From: Nannocystis sp.
Lineage (GTDB): Bacteria; Myxococcota_A; Polyangia; Nannocystales; Nannocystaceae
Direction: 5' to 3'
DNA: 64,000 nucleotides
NCBI RefSeq assembly: GCF_016714285.1
Contig: NZ_JADJNN010000012.1
Location: 154,040-218,039, forward strand
Under the pieces are notes generated by a model, which was not told the DNA's origin, did no database searches, and was given only the letters and a program-made list of their open reading frames with translations. Positions within the stretch are counted from its first letter, which is position 1. Every line of letters starts with the position of its first letter. Of the stretch, positions 43,016 to 51,903 are shown piece by piece. Position numbers and translations under genes: made by a program.

Positions 43016-45925
43016 TTGAATCAGATCACCCAATTCGGCCCTTACAAGCTGATCGAGCGCATCAGCGTGGGTGGCATGGCAGAGGTGTACAAGGCCACAG
43101 AGCACGGCGTGGAGGGCTTCGAACGCACCGTCGCGGTCAAGCGGATCTTGCCCCACATCGCGGAGGATGACGAGTTCATCACGATGTTCAAGGACGAGGC
43201 CAAGATCGCCGGCCAGCTCCAGCACGGGAACATCGCCCAGATCTACAACCTCGGGCAGCAGGGCGACAGCTTCTACATCGCCCTCGAGTACGTCGCCGGC
43301 AAGGACCTGCGCAACATCTTCACCCGCTGCCAGCAGCAGGGGCGCGCCATGCCGATCGCCCAGGCCTGCTTCATCGTGATGAAGGTCGGCGAGGGCCTCG
43401 ACTACGCCCACAACAAGCGCGACAAGCACGGCCGCCACCTCAACATCGTCCACCGCGACGTGAGCCCGCCGAACGTGCTCGTGTCCTACGAGGGCGAGGT
43501 CAAGCTCATCGACTTCGGCGTCGCCAAGGCCGCCGGTCGCGTCAGCCGCACCCAGGCCGGCATCCTCAAGGGCAAGTTCGGCTACATGTCCCCGGAGCAG
43601 GTCCGCGGCATGCCGCTCGACCGCCGCAGCGACGTGTTCTCGCTCGGCGTCGTCCTCTTCGAGACCCTCGTCGGTCAGCGCCTGTTCCAGGGCGACACCG
43701 ACTTCGCGACCCTCGAGATGGTGCGCACCGTCGACGTGCCCGCCCCGAGCAGCAAGAACCCGGAGATCCCCAAGGACCTCGAGGCCATCATCATGAAGGC
43801 CCTCTCCGGCGAGCCGGAGACCCGCTACCAGACGGCGATGGAGCTCCACGACGACCTCCAAGCCTTCATGTTCCAGCACGGCATGTTCTACAGCCGCAAG
43901 GACCTCGCCGCGTGGATGCGCAAGCAGTACGCCCGCGAGATCGAGCTGGAGAAGGACAAGAACACCGGCAAGTCGGCGCCCCCGCGGCCCGCACCGCCGG
44001 GCGCCGCCGCTGGTCGCAAGCCCACGCTGAGCGGTGTGCCGGCCCCCAAGGCCGCGCCGCCCGCGGCCCCACCCACGCCCGCAGCCGGCGCCCCGCGCCC
44101 GCCGCCCGCGGTCAAGCCGCCGCCCGGCTCGCCCGGCCCCAAGCCGCCCGCCGTTGGTCTGCCCAAGCCCGGCGCCGGCGATGCCCTCGAGCCCACCGAA
44201 GAGCAGCTCGCCGCCGCCCGCAAGCGCAGCAAGACCATGCTCATGTCGCCGTCGAATCGGCCGACGACGCTCAAGCCCGGGGCAACCGGCGCCGTGCCGA
44301 CGATCCCCGCTGGCCTCGCAGCGATGCCGAAGCCCGCCGATCCGCTCAAGCAGACGATCGTCCCCGGCGGCGCCCCGCCGCCCGCAGTCGTCGCGCCCAA
44401 GATCGCATCGGTGCCGCTGCACCCGCCGACGCAGGCGCCCCGGCCCACCGTCGCCCCGGTCGCCAAGGCTGCCCCGTCCAGCGAGGACGGCCCCGATCTC
44501 GACTGGGACGACGACGAGCTCGAGACCAAACTCTTCGACGAGCCCGGTGGCCCGGGTGCCCCCGGTGCCCCTGCCATGGCCGCCTCCGTGCCGAGCGCCG
44601 CGCGCAGCAAGGTCAAGCCCGAGGAGGCCGGTTCGATCGCGCCGCTCATCCCGAAGGTCGGGCAGATCGAGGCCGACGAGGACGATGGCCCAGCCACCGT
44701 GCAGCTGCCGCCCAACGCGGCTGCCGTCATCATCCAGCCGCTCATGGCCGCTGCAGCCGCTGCAGCTGCGGCCGCTCAGTCGATGCCCGGCGGCTCGATG
44801 CCCGGCGGCTCGATGCCCGGCGGCGCCATGCCCGGCGCCTCGATGTCCGGCGGCGCCATGCCCTCCGCCCCCGGCTTCCCGCAGCAGTCGAGCCCCGGTC
44901 TGCCTCAGCCCCCGCGCCGCGGCCAGCAGACGATGCCCACGCCGGAGCTCGCCGACGTCGAGGACACAGAGACTGGCAAGCGCAAGCCCAACTTCCTGCT
45001 CATCGGCGGGATCGCGGCGGGTGTGCTCCTGCTGATCGTCGTCATCGCCATGTTCTCCGGCGGCGGCGACAAGCCCGGCAAGGTCGCCAGCAACGACTCC
45101 GGCACGCCAGCTGCGGCCAGCGGCGGGGCTGTGCCAGGGCCGACGGTCGGCGGCCTCCAGATCGAGGTCTCGCCCGCGGACGCCAAGATCCTGGTCGACG
45201 GCGCCGAGGTCCCCGGCAGCGGCTCCTCGCGCGTGGTCAACAACCTCGCGGTCGGCAAGCACAAGCTCACCGTCAACTTCGGCGACGCCTATCTCCCCTT
45301 CGAGCAGGAGGTCGACGTCGTCGCCAGTCAGCTGGCCAACTTCCCGGTCAAGCTCAGCGTCCGCGACGTCACCGTCACGGTCACCACCGAGCCGGCAGAG
45401 GCCGCCCTCAAGCTCATCGAGGGCCAGAACCCGCCGACCGTCGTCGGCAAGGGCGGCGACAGCTTCAAGGTCCAGCGCAAACCCGGCGCGACCTACAAGC
45501 TGCTCGCCGAGCTCGCCGGCTACGATCCCAGCGAGATCCCGCTCACCTTCACCGGTGGCCCCAACGACAGCGCCAAGCTCGTGCTCATCAAGAGCAAGGC
45601 CGGCACGCCGCCGACGCCACCCGAGACCACGCCGCCGATCCCGACCCCGCCCCCCGGCGAGGTCACGCCGCCCAAGCCCAAGGATCCGAAGCCCAAGCAG
45701 CCGCCGAAGGCCAAGACCGCCGAGCTCAAGATCGGCTCGGGCCCCGGCCTCCCGCCCGCGACTGTGTGGGTCGACGGCCAGAAGCAGCCCAAGCCCACGC
45801 CAGTCACCGTGATGGTCACCGCCGGCGCCCACACGGTGAAGTGGAAGTATCCCGACGGCAAGACCACCACCAAGAAGGTCACCGCCGCGGACAAGTCGAG
45901 CCAGGTCATCAAGGGCACCCTCTAA
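43016..45925 (+). CDS. Hanks-type Ser/Thr protein kinase with Pro-rich linker, TM helix and C-terminal PEGA domain
   Basis: The start is a TTG, the only in-frame start, with GGAG 6 nt upstream. It has VGGMAEVYKA, VAVKRIL, HRDVSPPN, DFG and SPEQ, then ~300 aa Pro/Ala-rich with GSMPGG repeats. The TM is LLIGGIAAGVLLLIVVIAMF. The PEGA-like segment reads LQIEVSPADAKILVDGAEVPGSGSSRVVNNLAVGKHKLTVNFGDAY. Confidence 0.85.
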   Translation: MNQITQFGPYKLIERISVGGMAEVYKATEHGVEGFERTVAVKRILPHIAEDDEFITMFKDEAKIAGQLQHGNIAQIYNLGQQGDSFYIALEYVAGKDLRNIFTRCQQQGRAMPIAQACFIVMKVGEGLDYAHNKRDKHGRHLNIVHRDVSPPNVLVSYEGEVKLIDFGVAKAAGRVSRTQAGILKGKFGYMSPEQVRGMPLDRRSDVFSLGVVLFETLVGQRLFQGDTDFATLEMVRTVDVPAPSSKNPEIPKDLEAIIMKALSGEPETRYQTAMELHDDLQAFMFQHGMFYSRKDLAAWMRKQYAREIELEKDKNTGKSAPPRPAPPGAAAGRKPTLSGVPAPKAAPPAAPPTPAAGAPRPPPAVKPPPGSPGPKPPAVGLPKPGAGDALEPTEEQLAAARKRSKTMLMSPSNRPTTLKPGATGAVPTIPAGLAAMPKPADPLKQTIVPGGAPPPAVVAPKIASVPLHPPTQAPRPTVAPVAKAAPSSEDGPDLDWDDDELETKLFDEPGGPGAPGAPAMAASVPSAARSKVKPEEAGSIAPLIPKVGQIEADEDDGPATVQLPPNAAAVIIQPLMAAAAAAAAAAQSMPGGSMPGGSMPGGAMPGASMSGGAMPSAPGFPQQSSPGLPQPPRRGQQTMPTPELADVEDTETGKRKPNFLLIGGIAAGVLLLIVVIAMFSGGGDKPGKVASNDSGTPAAASGGAVPGPTVGGLQIEVSPADAKILVDGAEVPGSGSSRVVNNLAVGKHKLTVNFGDAYLPFEQEVDVVASQLANFPVKLSVRDVTVTVTTEPAEAALKLIEGQNPPTVVGKGGDSFKVQRKPGATYKLLAELAGYDPSEIPLTFTGGPNDSAKLVLIKSKAGTPPTPPETTPPIPTPPPGEVTPPKPKDPKPKQPPKAKTAELKIGSGPGLPPATVWVDGQKQPKPTPVTVMVTAGAHTVKWKYPDGKTTTKKVTAADKSSQVIKGTL

Positions 45926-46010
45926 GGTCCCCGCTTCAGGCTTGGGCTTCGGGCCCCGCTCGTCGGGCTCGCGCTTGAACAAAGCTCGGGGACAGGGTAA
46001 TCCGCCCGCC

Positions 46011-46529
46011 ATGAGCGAGCGGCCGCAGATCTTCGAGGGCACGCTGGACGCGACCGGGCTCCGCTTCGCGATCGTCGTCAGCCGCTTCAACAACTTCATC
46101 ACCGACCGCCTGCTCGACGGCGCCATCGACACGCTGCTCCGCTCCGGCGCCAGCGTCGGCGACATCCTCGTCGTCAAGGTCCCCGGCGCCTTCGAGATCC
46201 CCAGCGCCGTCACCCAGGTGCTCGGCGCCCGCAGCGTCGACGCCGTCATCACGCTCGGCTGCCTGATCAAGGGCGACACGATCCACTTCGACCTCATCGC
46301 CCAGGAGGTCACGCGAGCGATCGGCCAGCTCGCGCTCGCCTTCGAGGTCCCGATCAGCTTCGGCGTCCTCACCACCGACACCCTCGAGCAGGCGATCCAC
46401 CGCGCCGGCGCCAAGGCGGGCAACAAGGGCGGAGAGGCGGCCCTCGCGGCGATCGAGCAGGTGCGCCTGTTCCGGGCCCTCGCCGCCGGCGCACAGGGGC
46501 AGGGCGAGGCCAGCGATGCTACCGGTTGA
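46011..46529 (+). CDS. ribH: 6,7-dimethyl-8-ribityllumazine synthase
   Basis: LRFAIVVSRFNNFITDRLLDGAIDTL...GAFEIP...ITLGCLIKGDTIHFD is the RibH pattern. Confidence 0.85.
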   Translation: MSERPQIFEGTLDATGLRFAIVVSRFNNFITDRLLDGAIDTLLRSGASVGDILVVKVPGAFEIPSAVTQVLGARSVDAVITLGCLIKGDTIHFDLIAQEVTRAIGQLALAFEVPISFGVLTTDTLEQAIHRAGAKAGNKGGEAALAAIEQVRLFRALAAGAQGQGEASDATG

Positions 46530-47019
46530 CGACTCGCCGGCGGCGCGTGGCCGCAGCCGGGCCGGCCGCGCCGAGGGCCGCGAGCTCGCGCTGCTCGCCC
46601 TCTGCCACCTCGAGTCCTACCGCGAGCCCGAGCGCGCCCAGGCCCTCGACATCTTCTGGACCCACGCCCCCAGCGAGGCCGGCGACGACGGCGCCGAGCT
46701 GCGCAGCTGGCTGAGGGACCCCGAGGCCACGGCCTTCGCCCGCCGTCTGCTCGCCGCGGCCCTCGAGCGCGGCCCCGAGATCGACGCCGCGATCGAGGCC
46801 ACCTCCCGCAGCTGGCGGCTCGCCCGGATGGACCGCGTCGACCGCAACCTCTTACGCCTCGTCGGCGTCGAGATGCTCGCCATCGAGGACACGCCGCGCG
46901 CCGTGATCGTCGCCGAGGCTGTCCGCCTCGCCGCCCGCTATGGCAGCGATCGCAGCGCCCCCTTCGTCAACGGCGTCGCCGAGGCGCTGGCCAAGCGCCT
47001 GCGTCCGACTGGCAAGTAG
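46516..47019 (+). CDS. nusB: transcription antitermination factor NusB
   Basis: It overlaps the ribH 3' end. The NusB helices RELALLALCHLE...DRVDRNLLRLVGVEML are present. It is in the conserved ribH-nusB order. Confidence 0.8.
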   Translation: MLPVDDSPAARGRSRAGRAEGRELALLALCHLESYREPERAQALDIFWTHAPSEAGDDGAELRSWLRDPEATAFARRLLAAALERGPEIDAAIEATSRSWRLARMDRVDRNLLRLVGVEMLAIEDTPRAVIVAEAVRLAARYGSDRSAPFVNGVAEALAKRLRPTGK

Positions 47020-47020
47020 C

Positions 47021-47036
47021 CTGTCCCTTGAGACAG
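47021..47036. terminator. hairpin CTGTCCC-ttga-GACAG downstream of nusB
   Basis: It is a member of the recurrent CTGTCCC..GGACAG hairpin set. Confidence 0.3.
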
Positions 47037-47149
47037 CCGTGCGGGCGTTCACGCCCCCGCGGAGATCCCGCTCGTGGCGTGCTATGCCCTCCAGGCGGCC
47101 CTCCAGCGGCCGCCCCGGGCGTCCAACGACCGGCGTATACTGCCCGGCG

Positions 47150-47545
47150 ATGTCGATCCGGGTACTTCTCGTCGAGGACTCCCCCGCCATGCGCAGCTTC
47201 GTGGGCTCCGTGCTCGAGTCGGCCGGCGAGTACCACGTCGACGAGGTCAAGGACGGCTTCGACGCCCTGCGGGTGATGCCGCGAACCGACTACGACCTCG
47301 TGATCACGGACATCAACATGCCGGACATCAACGGCCTCGAGCTCATCCGCGCCGTCCGTCAGCAGCCGCGCCACGTCCACACCCCACTCATCGTCATCAC
47401 CACCAACGACCGCGCGCAAGACGTCGAGCGCGCCCTGAAGCTCGGCGCCTCCGCGGTGCTCACCAAGCCCTTCACGCCCGAGGCGCTGCTCGACACCGTC
47501 GCTCGCCTGTGCAAGACGGCCCGCGGCCCAGGAGGCGGCGGTTGA
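47150..47545 (+). CDS. cheY: CheY-like single-domain response regulator
   Basis: IRVLLVEDSPAMR...YDLVITDINMPDINGLEL...LIVITT...LKLGASAVLTKP is a canonical receiver. Confidence 0.85.
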   Translation: MSIRVLLVEDSPAMRSFVGSVLESAGEYHVDEVKDGFDALRVMPRTDYDLVITDINMPDINGLELIRAVRQQPRHVHTPLIVITTNDRAQDVERALKLGASAVLTKPFTPEALLDTVARLCKTARGPGGGG

Positions 47546-49965
47546 GCAGCGTCGACCAGAACGCCTCCGAGTTCATCGCCGAGGCGCAGGAGGTCATCGA
47601 GACCTTCTCGCGCACGCTGCTCGAGCTCGAGGCCCAGTCGCGCACCGGCTCCACCGACCCGGACCTCCTCAACGCCGCGTTCCGGGCGATCCACAGCCTC
47701 AAGGGCCTCGCCGGCCTGTTCGGCGCCGCCGCGATCGGCGGCCTCAGCCACACCCTCGAGAGCACCCTCGACAGCCTCCGCCTCGGCAAGCTCGGCCTCG
47801 GCCGCGTCGTGCTCGACGTCCTGTTCGAGGCGATCGAGATGTTCGGTCGCCTGCTCACCCCGCGCGACGAGACCGACGAGCCCGAGCCCGACATCGAGCC
47901 GATCCTCGCCCGCCTGCGCGCCCTCACCGAGCAGGAGGCCCCGGAGCTGCCGCAGGACAACCTCGAGTGGGTCGGCGAGGCGATCCTCAGCGTGCTCACC
48001 GAGTACGAGGAGCACCGCCTGCGGGAGAACATCCGCTCCGGCCGCGGCCTGTTCCGCGTCCACGCGAAGTTCGACATCCTCGCCATCGACGTCGGCATCG
48101 AGCAGCTCAAGGACAAGATGAAGCTCTACGGGGAGGTCATCACCTACCTCCCCAGCGCCGACGGATCGTCCGACGACGCGATCGAGCTCGACATCCTGCT
48201 CGGCTCCAAGAGCAGCCTCGCCGAGCTGTCCTCCGCCCTCGCCGTCGGCGACGTCACCGTCCACCGCCTCGCCGCCGCCGAGGCCAGCTCCGCCATCACC
48301 CCCGCGCCCGCACACAAGCCGGCGAGCCCCGCCCCGGCGAGCCCCGCCCCGGCGAGCCCCGCCCCGGGCCGGGCCGCCGCTCCCCCGCCGACCCGGACCG
48401 CCGCCGCCTCGGCGCCACCGCCCCGGCCCGCCGCCGCCCCGCCGCAGACACCCGCGCGCCGCGACCCCGAGCCCGCGCCAGCCCCCGCGCGCGCCCCCGT
48501 CGCCCGCGGCCCCGTCACGCCCGCACCGTCTCGCCGCGAGCCCGCGCCCGTGCCGCTCGGCGACGACGCCCCGGTCGAGGCCGCCAGCTCCGAGACCAGC
48601 CTGCGCAGCCTCAGCCAGACGGTCCGCGTCGACCTCCGTCGCCTCGACCTCCTGATGAACCTCGTCGGCGAGCTCGGCCTCGTCCAGAACAACCTCGCCG
48701 GCGTGCTCGAGGCCGTGCGCCAGCTCGACCACAGCGCCGACGTCTCGCGCGAGCTCTCGGTCCAGATCCGCGACATGACCCGCAAGCTCGCGCTGCTGCA
48801 GCAGTGCATCCTCGACGTCCGCATGGTCCCGATCGGCCAGGTCTTCGACAAGCTGGCCCGCGTCGTCCGCAAGCTCAGCCGCGACCTCGACAAGGAGATC
48901 CGCCTCGTCATCTCCGGCGCCGAGACCGTGCTCGACAAGCTCATCGTCGAGGAGCTCAGCGACCCGCTGATGCACATGATCCGCAACTGCATCGACCACG
49001 GCATCGAGCCCGCGGGCGAGCGGGCCCGCCTCGGCAAGCAGCCGGCCGGACGCATTGAACTCCGCGCCTTCCAGAAGGGCAACCGCGTCGTCATCGAGGT
49101 CGAGGACGACGGCGGCGGCATCGACTGGCTGCGCATCCGCGACATGGGCGTGCGCCGCGGCCTCGTCAGCGCCGAGGAGGCCGTCTCCATGACCCCCTCC
49201 GAGGCGATCAACCTGATCTTCTCCCCCGGCTTCTCGATCCGCGAGCACGCCACCGAGGTCAGCGGCCGCGGCGTCGGCATGGACATCGTCAAGACCAACA
49301 TCGCCAAGCTCAGCGGCATGATCGACGTCACCACCGAGGTCGGCCGCGGCACCAAGTTCGCGATCACGCTGCCCGTCACCCTGGCGATCATCCAGGCCCT
49401 CGTCATCCAGAGCGCCGGCCACACCTTCTGCATCCCGCTCAACTCGGTGCTCGAGTCGATCATGGTCGAGGTCCGCGAGATCAGCACCATCGAGGGCCAC
49501 GAGGTCATCATCCTCAACAAGCGGACCCTGCCGCTGCTCTACCTCTCGCGCCTGTTCGCCCTGCGCCCGCTGTCCCGCACCTACCGCGATCCCAACCGCG
49601 TCTACGTTGTGGTCGTTGGGCTCGCGCAGCACCGTGTCGGCCTCGTCGTCGACGAGCTGCTCGGCCAGCAAGACGTCGTCATCAAGCCGCTCGGCAGCGC
49701 CGTGCGCAACGTCCCCGGCATCGCCGGCGCCACCGAGCTCGGGGCCAACCGCACGGTCCTGCTCCTCGACGTCGGCCGCCTCGTCGACGAGGGCGTGCGC
49801 CAGGCCGACGCTGCCATCTCCATCGGTGGCTCGCTCGGTGGCTCGCTCGGCGGCTCGGGGGGCGGCAACCTCGGCGGCGCGAGCGTGGGCGGCAACTCCG
49901 GCTTCGGCGGCCTGTCCGGCGGCACCCAGTCCTCGCATCTCGGAGGTACGACGCATGTCCGTTGA
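47542..49965 (+). CDS. cheA: chemotaxis histidine kinase CheA
   Basis: The TTG start overlaps the cheY stop. It has the HPt domain (AFRAIHSLKGLAG), a Pro/Ala-rich linker with 3 x 15-bp PASPA repeats (48318-48368), a dimerisation domain, HATPase (NCIDHGIE...GRGVGMDIV) and a C-terminal CheW-like domain. Confidence 0.85.
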   Translation: MSSVDQNASEFIAEAQEVIETFSRTLLELEAQSRTGSTDPDLLNAAFRAIHSLKGLAGLFGAAAIGGLSHTLESTLDSLRLGKLGLGRVVLDVLFEAIEMFGRLLTPRDETDEPEPDIEPILARLRALTEQEAPELPQDNLEWVGEAILSVLTEYEEHRLRENIRSGRGLFRVHAKFDILAIDVGIEQLKDKMKLYGEVITYLPSADGSSDDAIELDILLGSKSSLAELSSALAVGDVTVHRLAAAEASSAITPAPAHKPASPAPASPAPASPAPGRAAAPPPTRTAAASAPPPRPAAAPPQTPARRDPEPAPAPARAPVARGPVTPAPSRREPAPVPLGDDAPVEAASSETSLRSLSQTVRVDLRRLDLLMNLVGELGLVQNNLAGVLEAVRQLDHSADVSRELSVQIRDMTRKLALLQQCILDVRMVPIGQVFDKLARVVRKLSRDLDKEIRLVISGAETVLDKLIVEELSDPLMHMIRNCIDHGIEPAGERARLGKQPAGRIELRAFQKGNRVVIEVEDDGGGIDWLRIRDMGVRRGLVSAEEAVSMTPSEAINLIFSPGFSIREHATEVSGRGVGMDIVKTNIAKLSGMIDVTTEVGRGTKFAITLPVTLAIIQALVIQSAGHTFCIPLNSVLESIMVEVREISTIEGHEVIILNKRTLPLLYLSRLFALRPLSRTYRDPNRVYVVVVGLAQHRVGLVVDELLGQQDVVIKPLGSAVRNVPGIAGATELGANRTVLLLDVGRLVDEGVRQADAAISIGGSLGGSLGGSGGGNLGGASVGGNSGFGGLSGGTQSSHLGGTTHVR

Positions 49966-50596
49966 GCGCGAGGACATGTGGCAGGCGCTGCTGCGCAGCG
50001 GCGAGACCCTCGCCACCGACGAGGACTACGAGCACGGCTACAAGCGCGAGGTCCCGCAGGACCTCCAGCAGTACGTCAGCTTCCGCGTCAGCGGCGAGAT
50101 CTATGGCCTGCCGATCCACGAGATCGAGGAGATCAGCAAGGTCTTCGGCACCACCCACGTGCCGCGCACCGCCGATTTCCTGGTCGGCATCGGCAACGTC
50201 CGCGGCCGCATCATGCCGGTCATCGACCTCGCCCGCCGCCTGCGCCTGCGCCCGGTCGAGCGCGGTCGCACCGCCCGCGTCCTCATCGTCAACCTCAACG
50301 ACGAGTCCTACGGCCTCGTCGTCGACGCCGTCATCGACGTCATCCGCATCCCCCCCGAGAAGATCGAGGAGAAGCCCGGCGGCATCACGGGCCCGCGCGC
50401 CGAGTACATCCGCGGCCTCGGCCGCCGCAAGGGCGCGGTCACCGTCGCCAAGGGCGCCGACGTCAAGGACCGCGGCGTGGTCGAGGACATCGTCATCATC
50501 CTCAACCTCACCACCCTCCTCGACCCCAAGGACTTCATCCGCACGGGTCCGGCCGTAGGTGGGCCGTCGGGCGGCGGCGAGGAGGGCAGGGGATGA
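49955..50596 (+). CDS. cheW: CheW coupling protein
   Basis: YVSFRVSGEIYGLPIHEIEEI...VGIGNVRGRIMPVIDL is CheW-like. It overlaps the cheA end by 11 nt. Confidence 0.8.
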   Translation: MSVEREDMWQALLRSGETLATDEDYEHGYKREVPQDLQQYVSFRVSGEIYGLPIHEIEEISKVFGTTHVPRTADFLVGIGNVRGRIMPVIDLARRLRLRPVERGRTARVLIVNLNDESYGLVVDAVIDVIRIPPEKIEEKPGGITGPRAEYIRGLGRRKGAVTVAKGADVKDRGVVEDIVIILNLTTLLDPKDFIRTGPAVGGPSGGGEEGRG

Positions 50597-51108
50597 GCGA
50601 CCAGGAGCGTCTCGCTGGCGCCGAGGAGGACCTGAAGCTGGCCGGCTTCTACGTCGGCCAGGGCCTCTACGGCATCGAGATCATGCGCATCAAGGAGGTC
50701 ATCCAGACCCGCAACCTCACCGTGCGCCCGGTGCCCTTCGCCCCCGCGATCGTCGAGGGCGTGATCCAGCTGCGCGGCGTCGTCATCCCCGTCGTCGACC
50801 TCCGCCGCCGCTTCGACAGCCCGATCGACCCCGCGATCGAGCACCTCAACAAGCTCATCATCGTCAGCGTCGCGGGCCGCATCGCCGGCCTCAAGGTCGA
50901 CCGCGTGCTCGGCGAGCTGCGCGTGGCCGCCGGCGGCCTGCGCCCGGCCCCGTCCATGCTCCGGGCCGACGGCGAGCGCAGCAGCGGCAGCGACAACGTG
51001 TTCAGCGGCGTCAGCCGGATCTCCCGCGACCGCTCCGATGCCGAGATGGTGTTCGTGATCAACCTCGACGTGCTCCTCCGCGGCGGCCAGCCCGGCGGGG
51101 GGCGGTAG
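50593..51108 (+). CDS. cheW: CheW coupling protein (second copy)
   Basis: FYVGQGLYGIEIMRIKEVIQ...VEGVIQLRGVVIPVVDL is CheW-like. There is an ATGA overlap with the upstream cheW. Confidence 0.8.
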   Translation: MSDQERLAGAEEDLKLAGFYVGQGLYGIEIMRIKEVIQTRNLTVRPVPFAPAIVEGVIQLRGVVIPVVDLRRRFDSPIDPAIEHLNKLIIVSVAGRIAGLKVDRVLGELRVAAGGLRPAPSMLRADGERSSGSDNVFSGVSRISRDRSDAEMVFVINLDVLLRGGQPGGGR

Positions 51109-51117
51109 GCCCAGGGG

Positions 51118-51903
51118 ATGGAGAAGTACAAGATCCTGGTCGCCCACGAGCGCCCCGTCATCGCCCGCGCGATCGCCAGGGTGCTCGCCGCGCAGGGCCT
51201 CGTCGCCGAGGTCGCCCGCGACGGCGACGCGGTCTGGCGCGCCCTCGAGAGCGACAGCTGGGACGGCCTCCTCCTCGACGTCGCCCTGCCCGGACCGCCG
51301 GTGCACCAGATCGTCGCCCTCGCCAAGACCGGCGTCCCCCTGGCCCTGCGCGCGGTCATCCTCCTCGCCTCCGTGTTCCGTCGCTCGAGCTACAAGCGCC
51401 GCCCGCAGCAGCTCTACGGCGCGGACAGCTACGTCGAGGGCCACCAGCTCGGCGCCGAGTTGTCGACCAAGCTGTGGCGCCTGCTCTCCCCCGACCCCGC
51501 CGGCCCCGGTGACATGGTCGAGGCCGAGGCGCTGCTCGTCGAGCTGCAGGCCGAGGCCGAGGCCGCCGCCGCCGCCGAGGTCGCCGAGGCCGCCACCGCA
51601 GCCACCGGCGCTACCGTTCAGCGCCCCCGCGATCCCGCCGCCGAGCTCGCCGATCTGCTCGTCGCCGACCTCCTGCTCCATGCCGGCGAGAAGCTCAGCG
51701 ACGCCGACGCCGACGCGGCTGACCCCCCGCGCGCGAGCGACATCGCGGTCGTCCACGAGGTCCTCGCCGACGAGCTCGCCCAGGCGCGCGAGCTCCACAG
51801 CGCCGCCCTCGGCCCCGCGACGGCCGACGCCGACCCGATCGCCGCGGCCCTCGACCGCTTCCTGCGTCCGTCCGCGGACGAGCGAGGCGGCGCGTGGACC
51901 TGA
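51118..51903 (+). CDS. pseudo-receiver domain protein (degenerate acidic pocket) with Ala/Glu-rich tail
   Basis: KILVAHERP replaces the usual DD pair. The D57-like residue in LLLDVALPG is retained. The C-terminal ~120 aa are low-complexity AEAEAAAAAEVAEAATAA. Confidence 0.5.
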   Translation: MEKYKILVAHERPVIARAIARVLAAQGLVAEVARDGDAVWRALESDSWDGLLLDVALPGPPVHQIVALAKTGVPLALRAVILLASVFRRSSYKRRPQQLYGADSYVEGHQLGAELSTKLWRLLSPDPAGPGDMVEAEALLVELQAEAEAAAAAEVAEAATAATGATVQRPRDPAAELADLLVADLLLHAGEKLSDADADAADPPRASDIAVVHEVLADELAQARELHSAALGPATADADPIAAALDRFLRPSADERGGAWT

